Assembly (NCBI RefSeq): GCF_963921235.1 | Contig: NC_086108.1 | Coordinates: forward strand, 30,072,001 to 30,136,000 | DNA: 64,000 bases | Source: Mobula hypostoma | Taxonomy: Eukaryota | Direction: 5' to 3' | Shown here: positions 10,424-22,166 of the stretch, piece after piece | How the letters are laid out: the number at the start of each line of letters is the position of its first letter | Numbering within the stretch: position 1 is the first letter of the stretch | The notes under the pieces: generated by a model | The model's database searches: none | Told to the model about the DNA's origin: nothing | The model's input: only the letters and a program-made list of their open reading frames with translations | Program-made: the position numbers and the translations under genes

Positions 10424-10790
10424 AGAGAAACTGCCTGCAAGCAACTGACATCCAAAGTAGTTCGTAGGTCATGGAAGGAGCAAAGAAGCCTCACCACTGC
10501 CAACCTGGCACTGTAGCACTGAGGGTGACCTGGCAGGAGAACCTTGGCACTAGGAAAATCTAGGCACAACACGAAATCCATCCAGATAGTGTTCTTCGAA
10601 TTTCATTCCAGTACCCAGAGCGGAACTTCAGAACAGGTCTGCATTCCCAGACTTTGCCTTTCAAGATCTTGCAAGTGAACGAGGCTTTATTGGTGATGTT
10701 CTGTGAAGACACCAGCCCGTGCACTGTTTATGGTAGGCAGCTCATCATGCCAAAGGCTTGCCGGGAGTGCACCAAAACCCTCCAGCCTAT
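10424..10790 (+). pseudogene. H3: Histone H3 pseudogene, most complete copy
   Basis: ACKQLTSKVVRRS, GAKKPHHCQPGTVALR, NFRTGLHSQ and ILQVNEALLVMFCEDTSPCTVYGRQLIMPK match H3 [38 protein letters not shown] and [32 protein letters not shown]. Confidence 0.88.
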
Positions 10791-10929
10791 TGAAAATTCT
10801 AAGAGATACCTGTTCTGTATTGTTTAATTTGTCTGATGCTTTTGAGATATTGTATTATATGAGAATTAATCAATTTCCTTAATCAGCAGTGTAATTTATC
10901 ATTGTATCCATATACAGACACACTATAAG

Positions 10930-11760
10930 TAATAATTGAATTTCCATGCTGACATCCCTATCTTTGACCTCTTATTGTTCCAATAGAAGATCATGAAGTG
11001 TTGAGGTACACCACTTCCTCTTTTATCTAGGCACATTACAGCACCCGGGACTCAATCTTGAATTGTGCAATTTAACAACCATCCTTTCCTTTTTGTGTTG
11101 GAGTGAGCCATTCTGATAGTGAATGATTCTGATATTACAGCTGAGGTGTTAATTAAGCTTTTCTTTTGCACCGGACCCATTTAATTCCAACATTCTTTAT
11201 TGTTTCTGATTACCCGCTACGGCCATTTTTTTGTGTCTCATAATCCAGAATGTTGTTCCCTCCTCTCTTCTGCACTCATTGATCTCCTTCTAGTTACAAT
11301 CAATCCAGGCACATCATCTCCGATTAACAATTCTTTATCGCCATTTCTCAACCAGCACAAACACTAACAGCATCATCTCAGTTTTCTTGGTCTCCACTCT
11401 ATCACAGAGATACTTGTGCAACACCCACAAAATACTAGAGGAGCTCAGCAATCAAGCAGTGTCTATGGAGGGGAATAAATAGTTGAAGTTTCCATCAGGA
11501 CTGGAACAGAAGGGGCAGAAATCAGAATAAGAATTGGGGAGTAGGGAAAGAGTACAAACTTGCAGGAGATAGGGGATAGGTGCAATAGATACTTGTTGTC
11601 TCCTCCCATCCCCCCTTCCCTGTAATTTGGTTCATACTTTTTTGTTTATATTGCTTCTGAGAAAAGCCATTGATCTGAAATGTTAACCATAGATCCTGGC
11701 TGACCTTCTGTGTACCTCCAGCATTTTCTGTTCTCTTTTTCAGATTTTCAAAATCTGCAA
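10930..11760. mobile_element. Old Penelope-like fragments in both orientations
   Basis: Degenerate GIY-YIG C-terminal coding sequence at ~10945-11075. PLE 3'-UTR motifs occur in opposite orientations at ~11420-11580 and ~11650-11760. Confidence 0.55.
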
Positions 11761-11860
11761 GTTTTGTTTTTTAATGTAATGGGGATCTAATCTATTTGAT
11801 AAACAAATGCTTTTACTTTCTTGAACCGTTAGGCCAGTGCTCCAATTTAGTGGAGGTCCA

Positions 11861-14074
11861 TATTCAGTGGCCACTTTATTAGGTACATCTTTAAACCTAC
11901 TCGATAATGCAAACATCTAATCAGCCAATCATAAGGCAGCAACGCAATGCATAAAGGCATGCAGTCATAGTCAAGAAGTTGAGTTTTTGTTTGGACTAAA
12001 CATCAGAATTGGGAAGAAATGTGATCCAGGTAACTTTGGCTACGGAATGATTGTTGATGCCAGACAGGGTGGTTTGAGTATCTCTCAGAAATTGATGTCC
12101 TATGATTTTCATGTGCAACAGGTCCCTAGAGATTACAGAGAATAGTGCAAAATCAAAAAACATCTAGTGAAACTGCTGATCTCCTGGGATTTCCGTGAAT
12201 AAAATTCTTTTGGAGTTTGCAGCAAACAGTGCGATAAACAAAGAAAACACCTAGTGAGTGGCAGTTCTGTGACCGAAAATGCCTTGTTAATGAGAGAGGT
12301 CAGAGGAAAATGGCCAGACTGCTTCAAGCTGACAAGGAGGTGACAGTAACTCAAGTAAACATACATTACAACAGTGGTGTGCAGAATAGAATCTGTAGAT
12401 GCACATCATGTCAAACCTTGAAGTGGATGCACTACAGCAGCAGAAGACATAAAAACATAGAAAACCTACAGCATAATACAGGCCCTTCAGCCCACAAAGC
12501 AGTGCTGAACATGTCCTTACCTTAGAAATTACCTAGGGTTACCCATAGCTCTCTATTTTTCTAAGCTCCATGTACCTATCCAAGAGTCTCTTAAAAGACC
12601 CTATTGTTTCCACCTCCACCACCGTTGCCAGCAGGCCATTCCACACTCTCAGGACTCTCTTTTTTGAAAAACCTACACCTGACATCTCCTCTGTACCTAC
12701 TTCCAAGCATCTTAAAACTATGCCCTCTCGTGCTAGCCATTTCAGCCCTGGGAAAAAGCCTCTGACTATCCACACAATCAATGCCTCTCATCATCTTGTA
12801 CACCTCTATCAGGTCACCTCTCATCCTCCGTCGCTTCAAGGAGAAAAGGCCGAGTTGACTCAATCTGTTCTCATAAGGCATGCTCCCCAATCCAGGCAAC
12901 ATCCTTGTAATCTACATCCTTCCTGTAGTGAGGCGACCAGAACTGAGTACTCCAAATGGGGTCTGACCAGCATCCTATATAGCTGCAACATTACCTCTTG
13001 GCTCTTAAACTCAATCCCATGATTGATGAAGGCCAATACACTGTACGCTTTCTTAACCACAGATTCAACCTGCACAGCAGCTTTGAGTGTCCTATGGACT
13101 CAGACCCCAAGATCCCCCTGATTCTCCACTCTTCCAAGAGTCTTAACATTAATACTATATTTTACCATCATATTTGACCTACCAAAATGAACCACCTCAC
13201 ACCTATCTGGATTGAACTCCATCTGCCACTTCACAGCCCAGTTTTGCATCCTATCAATGCCCCACTGTAACCTCTGACAGCCCTCCACACTACCCACAAC
13301 ACCCCCAAACTTTGTTTCATCAGCAAATTTATTAACCCAACCCTCCACTTCCTCATCCAGGTTATTTATAAAAATCATGAAGAGTAGGGGTCCCAGAACA
13401 GATCCCTGAGGCACACCACTGGCAGAATATGACCCGTCTACAACCACTCTTTGCCTCCTGTGGGCAAGCCAGTCTGGATCCACAAAGCAATGTCCCCTTG
13501 GATCCCATGCCTCTTTACTTTCTCAATAAAACTTGTATAGGGTACCTTATCAAATGCCTTGCTGAAATCTATATACACTACATCTCCTGCTCTACCTTCA
13601 TCAATGTGTTTAGTCACATCCTCAAAAAATTCAATCAGCCTTGTAAGGCACAATCTGCCTTTGACAAATCCATGCTGACTATTCCTAATCATATTATGCC
13701 TCTCCAAATGTTCATAAATCCTGCTTCTCAGGATCTTTTCCATCATCTTACCAACCATTGAAGTAAGACGCACTGGTCTATAATTTCCTGGGCTATCTCT
13801 ACGCCCTTTCTTGAATAAGGGAACAACATCCACAACGCTCCAATCCTCTGGAACCTCTCCCGTCCCCATTGATGATGCAAAGATCATCACCAGAAGTTCA
13901 ACAATCTCCTCCCTCGCCTCCCGCAGTAGCCTAGGGTACATCTCGTCCGGTCCCAGTGACTAATCCAACTTGATGCTTTCCAAAAGCTCCAGCGCATCCT
14001 CTTCCTTAATATCTACATGCTCAAGCTTTTCAGTCCAAGACCTTGAACAATATAGTCAGTGGCCACTGAACGGA
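11861..14074 (+). mobile_element. Tc1-like DNA transposon remnant interrupted by CR1
   Basis: Left end TTCAGTGGCCACTTTATTAGGTACA and right end AGTGGCCACTGAA (~14058-14070). Transposase fragment MARLLQADKEVTVTQVNIHYNSGVQNRIC..TLKWMHYSSRR. Confidence 0.8.
12449..14030 (-). mobile_element. CR1 LINE 3' portion (RT)
   Basis: PGNYRPVRLTS, DFSKAFDKVP, GVPQGSVLGPLLF and KFADET motifs. (TATGTTTC)-type tail. Confidence 0.93.
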
Positions 14075-14959
14075 GGTTCTGTATTGGGTACAACTAGGAA
14101 ATTGAATCCAATTTCCATTTGAAATGACACTGTTTTTTTGTCCAAAGTGAGTATGGAATAATTTTGCAGGTGTAAAATTGGTGGGATGGAGGGTAGTGAT
14201 GCTGGTAAATTGGTAACATGACAATCCTCTTCATAGCTGCTTTGTACCTCCTTGATGGTGATGCTTACAGAGAAAATTGGTTACTTGTATTCATGGTTTG
14301 GTTTTGAAAAATTCTCATCTGTTAGAGCTCATTTCAATAAAGCCTGCGGTTAACACAAGAGATGGCAAAACCTCCGATATATGGCAAACCAAAGTTTGAG
14401 AAAGGACTGGTCCAGGTCTATTGGTCTGAAACAGCTGATTAAAGCATATTATCTGCACAATAAAAACTCATTTTAACCTTGTGTAACGGCTGTAGAAACT
14501 TCAAAATTATGAAGTTCTAATTAGGGAGTTGCCTGCATCTTCATATAATTTTTCTTGATGGCAAAGGAAGCCCTGTGAAATTTTTGACGTGTAGTCTGTT
14601 ATCAATGTCACAGTTACTTTTACACACTAATTTTGGAAGTTAAATTTAAGTATGGTTTAAATACAATATTATATTGGTGTTTCACTTTCGCATTTGGTAA
14701 CATCTTTGGAATTAAATTACTTCTAAGTGTGTATAATAATTAGTTTTGGTCTGAATGATAGGGACAGAGTTTTATACGCTAAAGCTCTATATTTAGATTG
14801 GTCATGAGTGTGTGACAGAATAATGCAAACTCCAAGGAGACATACAAATATGACAGGATAACTTTCAGTGCTGAGAAAGCAAAATGTTGCAGATGTTGGA
14901 AATCAGATTTCTCTTATTTGTCTATGTGGCTGAAGTCTTTGGTACCATTCTCATAAATC

Positions 14960-15398
14960 ATGCCTTATGAGAATAGGTTGAGCGAACTCGGCCTTTTCTC
15001 CTTGGAGCGACGGAGGATGAGAGGTGACCTGATAGAGGTGTACAAGATGATGAGAGGCATTGATCAAGTGGATAGTCAGAGGCTTTTTCCCAGGGCTGAA
15101 ATGGCTAGCACAAGGGGGCATAGTTTTAAGGCGCTTAGAAGTAGGTACAGATGAGATGTCAGGAGTAAGTTTTTTTTACCTACAGTGTGGTGAGTGTGTG
15201 GAATGGGCTGCTGGTGGTGGTGGTGGAGGCGGAAACAATAGGGTCTTTTCAGAGACTCCTGGATGGGTGCATGGAGCTTAGAAAAATAGAGAGCTATGGG
15301 TAAGCCTAGGTAGTTCTAAGGTAAGGACATGTTCGGCACAGCTTTGTGGCTGAAGGGCCTTTATTGTGCTGTATGTTTTCTATGTTTCTATGTTTCTA
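14960..15398 (+). mobile_element. CR1 3' end
   Basis: MPYENRLSELGLFSLERRRMRGDLIEVYK with tail TATGTTTTCTATGTTTCTATGTTTCTA. Confidence 0.93.
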
Positions 15399-15544
15399 AT
15401 CCCCTCTGCAACTGTCCTCAGACATTAGCATTTTCATGGGTGCCAAGAATTTAACATTAGTTTAGCTAGTTTTTTATCAGCTGTTTTACAAAGGATGAGC
15501 ATTATTAGCACCAGTGTTTTACAAAGGATTTTGTGCATTTGGAA

Positions 15545-16510
15545 TTGGTTCATGTGCAAAAGGCAGAGGGCGGTAAGAGATGGAGGATATTCGGCCTAGA
15601 GGTCCGTGATTAGTGGTGTTCTGCAGAAATCTGTCCTGGGCCCTCTGCTCTTTGTGATTTTTATAAATGATGTGGTTGAGGAAGAGGAAGGGTGGGTTAG
15701 TGAGTTTGCAGATGACACAAAAGTCAGCGGTGTGGATTAGTGTAGAAGGTGTTGCAGGTTATAACAGGACATAGACAGGATGCAGAGCTGGGATAAGAAG
15801 TGGTAGATGGAATTTAATGTGGAAAAGTGTGAAGTGATACACCACGGAAGATCAAACTTGAAGGCAGAGTACAAAGTTAATGGCAGGATATTTCACAGTG
15901 TTGAGGAACAGAGCAAACTCTGGGTCCATGTCTATAGATCCCTCAAAGTTGGTAACAAGTTCATAGGGTGGTTAAGAAGGCGTATAATGTGTTGGCCTTC
16001 ATTAGTCAAGAGCCACAAGCTAATGTTGCAACTCTACGAAGCTACGGTTAGACCAAACTTGGAGTATTATGTTCAATTCTAGTCACCTCATTATGAAAAG
16101 GATGTGAAAACTTTAGAGATGGTGCAGAGGATATTTACCAGGATGCTGCCTGGATCAGAGAACATGGGGTAAAGGAAGATGAGAGAGTACTTGATAGAGA
16201 TATACTAGGTGACAAGAGGCAGAGGTAGAATGGATAGCCAGCACCCTTTTTCCCAACGCAGCAATGACTAATATCAGAAGACATCTAAATGCTTAGGGGA
16301 GATGTCAGAGGTAGGGCTGGTGCCTGGTACACACTGCCATGGGTGACGGTAGAGGCTCATACATTAGGGATATTTAAGCAGCTCTTAGATACATACATGG
16401 AATGTTGTGGCTATGTAGAAGCAGAGTATTAGATGGATCCTGGAGTAGACTAAAAGATTGGCACAACATCGTGGGCCGATGGGACTATGCTGTGCTGTAC
16501 TCTTCCATGT
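15545..16510 (+). mobile_element. CR1 3' portion, decayed
   Basis: MEFNVEKCEVIH, VRPNLEYYVQF and FADDT coding remnants plus a CR1 3' UTR. Confidence 0.88.
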
Positions 16511-16669
16511 CCTATTACTTCCTTGCTGTATCTATGTCAATATTTATATTCCATCAAAGATTCCATAAGCATTTTAATTAATCTTTTCAACTTTCCTGTC
16601 ACTTTCAGAGACGTGTACGTAGATCCCTGGACTCTTTGTTCCTACAGCCCTTTTAAATGCCGCTTTAGT

Positions 16670-17390
16670 TGTCCATCCCACTCCCATTCTGAGATTTCAG
16701 TCTGTGGTCTCCAGCACCGTTTAGCAGTCCATCCATCTGGGCATGTTGCAGTTCTCTGGACCACATCTTCAATTTCTCAGTCTGTATCAGTGGTCCAACT
16801 GTGACAAATAATTAACATGCTGAAGGAGCTCAGCAAGTTATAAGCTGCATCTGTGGGGGAAAGCAATTGTCAGTGTTTCAGTCTGATATCTTGCTTTTCC
16901 CCACAAATGTTGCTTGACTCGTTTGAGTGCCTCCAGCAGGTTATTTATTGATGCAGATGCCAGAATCTTTGTGTCTCTACGTGTCCATTTGTGATATCGA
17001 TTCAGCTTCCCTTTTCCTTTCTCCCCTCACAGAGTGGAGAACATGCCATGCACATTCTGACAGATATGTTTCCCTGCTTTAAAATTTTACCACTCTCACG
17101 TTCATTTCTCTATGTTCATATTCCTTAGCTGTTCCCATTTACTCATTGACCAGATAACCTTGGTTACAGCTTAGCCCCATGGTCATTTCAGCTTTGGCTT
17201 ATCAGAGACAGCCCTCCTCACCCACTAGCCCTCCAGCTTAATGAGCTTCTGTTATCTCCTTGCCAGGACTGATGGTGCTTCAGTCCTGATGAAGGGTCTC
17301 AGCCTGAAATGCTGACTGTTCATTGCCACCCACAGGTGCCGCCTGACATGCTGATTTCCGCCAGCATTTTGCATCCATTGTACTGGATTG
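16670..17390. mobile_element. Short Penelope-derived remnants
   Basis: CAGTCCTGATGAAGGGTCTCAGCCTGAAA...CCAGCATTTTG at ~17280-17370. An inverted pair of PLE termini lies at ~16810-16960. Confidence 0.5.
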
Positions 17391-17446
17391 CCAGCGTATG
17401 AGAATGTTTGTGATTGTGTTTCTCTTCCCGCGAAAGCAACCTGACT

Positions 17447-19422
17447 TAGAACACAGAACACGGAACGTTATAGCACAGTACAGGAACTTCAGCCATAATG
17501 TTGGTCTGACCTTTCAAACTACTCTAAGATCAATCTAATTTTGCCCTCCTACATAAGCCTCTATTTTTCTATCTTATATGTGTCTATCTAAGAGCTTCTT
17601 AAATACCCCTAATGTATTTACCTCTACCCCCACCCCCACCCATGAAAAGAGGTTATCTTTAATGTACCCCCTATATTTTCTTCCAATCATCTTGTATTAA
17701 CTATTTCTGCCCTGGAAAAAGTCTCTGGCAAGCCACTTTGTCCATGTCTCTCATCATCTTATACACTTCTATTAAGTCATCCCTCATCCTCCTTCACTCC
17801 AAAGAGAAAAGCCCAAGCTTACTCAACCCATCCTCTTAAGACATGCCCTCTAGTCCAGGCAGCATCCTAGTAAACCTCCTCTGCATTCTCTCTAAAGCTT
17901 CCACATCATTCCTATAATGAAGTGGCCAAAACTGAACACAATATTCCAAGCGTGGTCAAACCAGGGTTTTATAGAGCTGTAACACTACTTTGCGGCTCTT
18001 GAGCTCAATTCCCTAACAAATAAAGGCCAACACCTCATAGGACTTCTTAATAACCCTATTAACTTATGCAGCCAACTTAGAGGGACCTATGGAGTTTGTC
18101 CCCAAGATCGCTCTGTTCTTCTACACTGTTAAGAACCCTCTCATTAACCCTGTATTCTGCCTTCAAATTCAACCTTCCAAAATAAGCCACTTCATTCTTT
18201 TCTGGGTTGAACTCCATCTGCCACTTCTCGGCTCAGCTCTGCATCCTGTCAAGGTCCCATTACGACCTATAACAACCCTCCACACTATCCACAGTTCTAC
18301 CACGCTTCCTGATATCTGCAAATTTACTAACCCACCTTTCCATTTCCTCATCCAAGTCATTTATGAAAACTACAAAGAGCTGGGGTCTCACAACAGTTTC
18401 CCACTGGTCACTGACCTCCTGGCAGAATATGCTTCATTTCCTACCACCCTCTGCTTTCTGCAGATGTCTCCCTGGATCTCATGGCTCCTGACTTTCTGAA
18501 TGAACCTATCATGGGGAACCTTATCAAATGCCTTACTAAAATCTGTATACACCACATACACTGCTTTACATTCATCAATATACTCTGTCACATCCTTAAA
18601 GAAATCAGTCAGGCCCGTAAGGCATAACCTGCCCCTCACAAAGCCATGCTGACTATCACAAATTAGACTATGCCTTTTCAAATACTTCTAAACCCTGTCT
18701 CTAAGAATCCTGTCTAATATATTGGCCATCACTGAAGTAAGACTCATTGGTCTATAATTCCCAGGTTATCCCTACTGACTTTCTTAAACAAAAGAATAAC
18801 ATTTGCCACCCTCCAGTCATCTGATACTACTTCTGTGGCCATCAGGATGCAAAGATCATCACCAAGGGTGGAGCAATCTCTTTCCTTGTTTCCCATAGTA
18901 ACCCAGAGTGTGTCCTGCCTGGCCCGGGGACAAGTATACTAATGGGTTTTAAAAGTTCTAGCACATCCTCTTTCTTAAAATCAACATGTTCTAGCAAATG
19001 AACCTGTTTTACACTGTCCTCACAAAAGTCAAGTTTCCTTTCACTGGTGAATACCGAAACAAAGTATTCATTAAGGACCTTCACTGCCTCCTTCAACTCC
19101 AGGTATATGTTTCCTTTGCTATCCCTGATCAGTCTTAACCTCACACTGGCCACCCTCCTTTTCTTCACACACATGTAGAATGGCTTGAGGTTTTCCTTAA
19201 TCCTACTAGTCAAAGCCTTCTCATGTCCCTTCCTAGCTCTCCAAAATCTATTCTTCAGCTTCTTCCTGGCTACCCTGTAACTCTCGAGCCCTGTCTGATC
19301 TTGTTTCCTAAACCTTAAGCAAGCTTCTTTCTTCCTCGTGATGAGGTGTGTTCCACATCTCTTATCAACCATAGGCCCTTCACCCTACCACCCTTTCCCT
19401 GCCTTAATGGGATGAACCTATC
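17447..19422 (-). mobile_element. CR1 LINE 3' ~2 kb, decayed
   Basis: SQHGFVRGRLCLT, DFSKAFDKVPH, IKENLKPFYM and LNEYFVSVFT motifs. TGTTC-type tail. Confidence 0.9.
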
Positions 19423-20923
19423 CTTGCTGAGACTTGCTGAGTATTTGCAACATTTTCTGTATTTATAAAATTTTAGATCCATTTCAATACTGCACTCAGC
19501 CCACCAATATTAACTCCCTCCACGGAAAATGTGTGAGCATTCCCTGCATTTTGTTTTTATTATTTCCTCCAAAAATCCTGTTATTTCACAGTTCCCAAAA
19601 GTAAGTTGCCTTTGCCCAGTGTTTGTGTTTGCTCATCAGTCCTTCTCTTGAGCTCTGTTACCATCTTCACATCCTATTGGAGTTTCCTGATATTTACAGA
19701 CTTTGAGATTGTGTCCGCCCAGCCAAGTCTTTGTCTTGGATATATATCTCCCTGGAGAACAGCACTGCACGAGGGGAATTTCATTGTTCAGACTCACTCA
19801 AGGTTTTGTCCTTCAGGCAGCAAAGTGAAAAAGTGCCATCTGCTCTGAGTGCTGACTTTCTGCAATACACTGCTCCCACTCAACCCAACAACTCTAATTC
19901 TACGTGCTGTCACTGATGTCTCTGCAGGCTGTGTGATTAATGGGTCATTGAATCTAAGGAATAGAAAGTGACAAAGGAAGAACAATCTCTTTGAAATGTT
20001 CGTTGAAGACTAGAAGAAAAGAACAGGAGGCTGATCTTCATGATTAAATTTATGTTTCTGACCAACAAGGAATGAAGGGGGGAATAAAAAATGCTGATAA
20101 CACAGTGTATTTAATATAAAGACAAAGTGACCTGATGTAGTTATTCACTGGTGAATCTTGCTTTGGGATGTTGGGTATTGCAGAGCTGTCAAGCAGTCAC
20201 ACTGTTCATTCCATATCAGTTCTGAACGGGTAGAGAACTTTTTCGTTAAAAAAAACTCCATTCCCTTACCACTGGCTCCATTCCTTTCATTATTTGAATG
20301 CCGGCACTCAGAATCTTGGTGACGTGTTCACCCCCTTGTTAAGACAGCCTTTTTCCAACTCCAAAACAATGCTTGATCGTAACATTAAGTTTGGGATTTC
20401 AATGCTATCTGTGATTGTTCTTTAGCAGTGTTTATGTCCTTACCAAGTGTTAGTATGTAAAAAATATCCCCCTACATCTGTCAATCCCTTACCTTAATTC
20501 TGCCTTTATAAGTTATCTTTCTTGAATTGGTGTTGGTGAAGGGATCCATTATTTAAATTGATAGGGATACTTCATTTTGAAATTTAACAAAAAAATCAAG
20601 TGGCAGGGAAAGATTAGTCAGAAATAATGATGAAGATATCTTCTTTATCTTTCTTCCCGGAGGTAGTCAATATGTGAAAACAACTACTGCTAACCCCCAG
20701 AAAATGTACCGAGGGAACTTAATACGTTTCTGGAGTTTTCTTTAGGTCATTCTTTATGTGTGCCATTCTTTACATATGAAACTGGACTCAAGTTATGTAC
20801 CAGTATGCTTGACAATGGTGCCTACCATAGTAGAATCATGACATGTCCTTACCTAACACCAATATTCACACTGCCTCAGCTGGAATTATCAGGCCAGACA
20901 TAGGACCTTCATTATTACTGTAG

Positions 20924-22166
20924 TGTCATGGACCGGATCGGGGTCCCTTTAAATTTACCTTGTTTATGTTACGATCCGGACCGTTGATACCCTGTTTTCC
21001 CGTGTCCCTCGACTTTGGTGATCAGAGGCAATTAACACTCAGCTGAACCGGTAGTTTATAGTCTCCAGCTTTCAGCCGTTCGGCGCCGGAGCGTCTGCAA
21101 AGTCATCTAAGGTACGGTGTGCCGATGTCATCTGGCCGGAGCAAGCCTAGTATCTGCCGAAGCGAGTGCCGTTAATTCACCTCTCCTCACCGGAGCAACC
21201 CTGTCCAGTTACCTCGCCGAAGCGAGCTTGCAAAGTTTCCTCACCGAGGTGGGTCCGTCAGTTAACCCGCTGGAGGGAATCAAGAACCACTGTCTACTGT
21301 TCCCGGGCTGAGTCGAGAGCTTGCCACTACCTGGAGGCTTCAAGTCAAGTCCTGGCTCCAGCAGCATTCAAGTTCCAAGTCAAGTCCTGGCACTGGTGGC
21401 TTCCCAGTTCCGAGTCAAGTTCTCGCCCTGGTGGTCTGTGATTCCTGTCCTACCCCCGCCCCCCCCCGTCTGAATCCCTTCTCTGACCCCTCGCCTCTAG
21501 CCCTCGTCTGCAGCCCTCGCCTGCACTTCGGTCTAGTTCTATCGCCGGAGCTAGATAGGTACTGTCTGGTGTGCTTTCTTGTTGGTCTTGTCCTGTCCTT
21601 GCCTCCGTGGGGTAAGTCAGGCCATCTTGCCGTTGCCCCGCGGAGAGTCATGTCTTGTCTCGTCTTGTCCTCACCTCCGTGGGGTAAGTCAGGCCATCTT
21701 GCTGTTGCCCCATGGAGGGTCATGAGTCCTGGCCCTATGTCCTGTACCCAAGGAGGAGTCCCAGCTGTCTGTTCTGTGTATGTGTCTATGGTTCCATGTA
21801 CCTGCTCTCCCGAGACCGAGGCTCTGTTTTCCATGTTCCTCCTCTCCCTAGCCCATGTCATGTCCATGCCTGGTTCTGGGGTCCGAGCCCGAGGCAAGAG
21901 CCAGGTACCAGGTCCTTGCCCAGTCTCGGGCTCGGAGTCCATACCTAGCCTCTTCATGTCTCCTCTAGTTCTGGGAGTCGATTCCGAGTCCTAGCCTAGA
22001 CCCTTGGTCCCAGCCTAGTCATAGTCCTCAGTCCTTGTCCAGTTCACAATTCCTACTCCTGCCTTGCTCTCCTGGTTTCTAACAATAAACTAAATTTAAG
22101 TAACCTCACAAGATGTGTCTTGCATTTGGGTCCCCCCTTGCTCCCAATGCCCCCACCACTGTGACA
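20924..22166 (+). mobile_element. Solo LTR (Gypsy-like, 1243 bp)
   Basis: TGTCA...TGACA termini, CpG-rich, with AATAAA at ~22084 followed by TGTGTCTTGCATTTGGGTCC. Internal duplication of CCTCCGTGGGGTAAGTCAGGCCATCTTGC at ~21602 and ~21674. Confidence 0.8.

Noticed and set aside
349..10790. Functional divergent H3 variant or CENP-A gene
   Set aside because: All copies have stops, frameshifts or deletions. The N-tail is canonical H3-like and no loop-1 insertion is evident.
14155..14215. Possible small exon (TTTTGCAG...GCTG|GTAAAT)
   Set aside because: Weak splice signals, no recognisable peptide and no partner exons.
21415..21994. Overlapping 180-aa and 187-aa ORFs as a novel gene
   Set aside because: They lie within a GC-rich solo LTR with internal duplications and show no recognisable domain.
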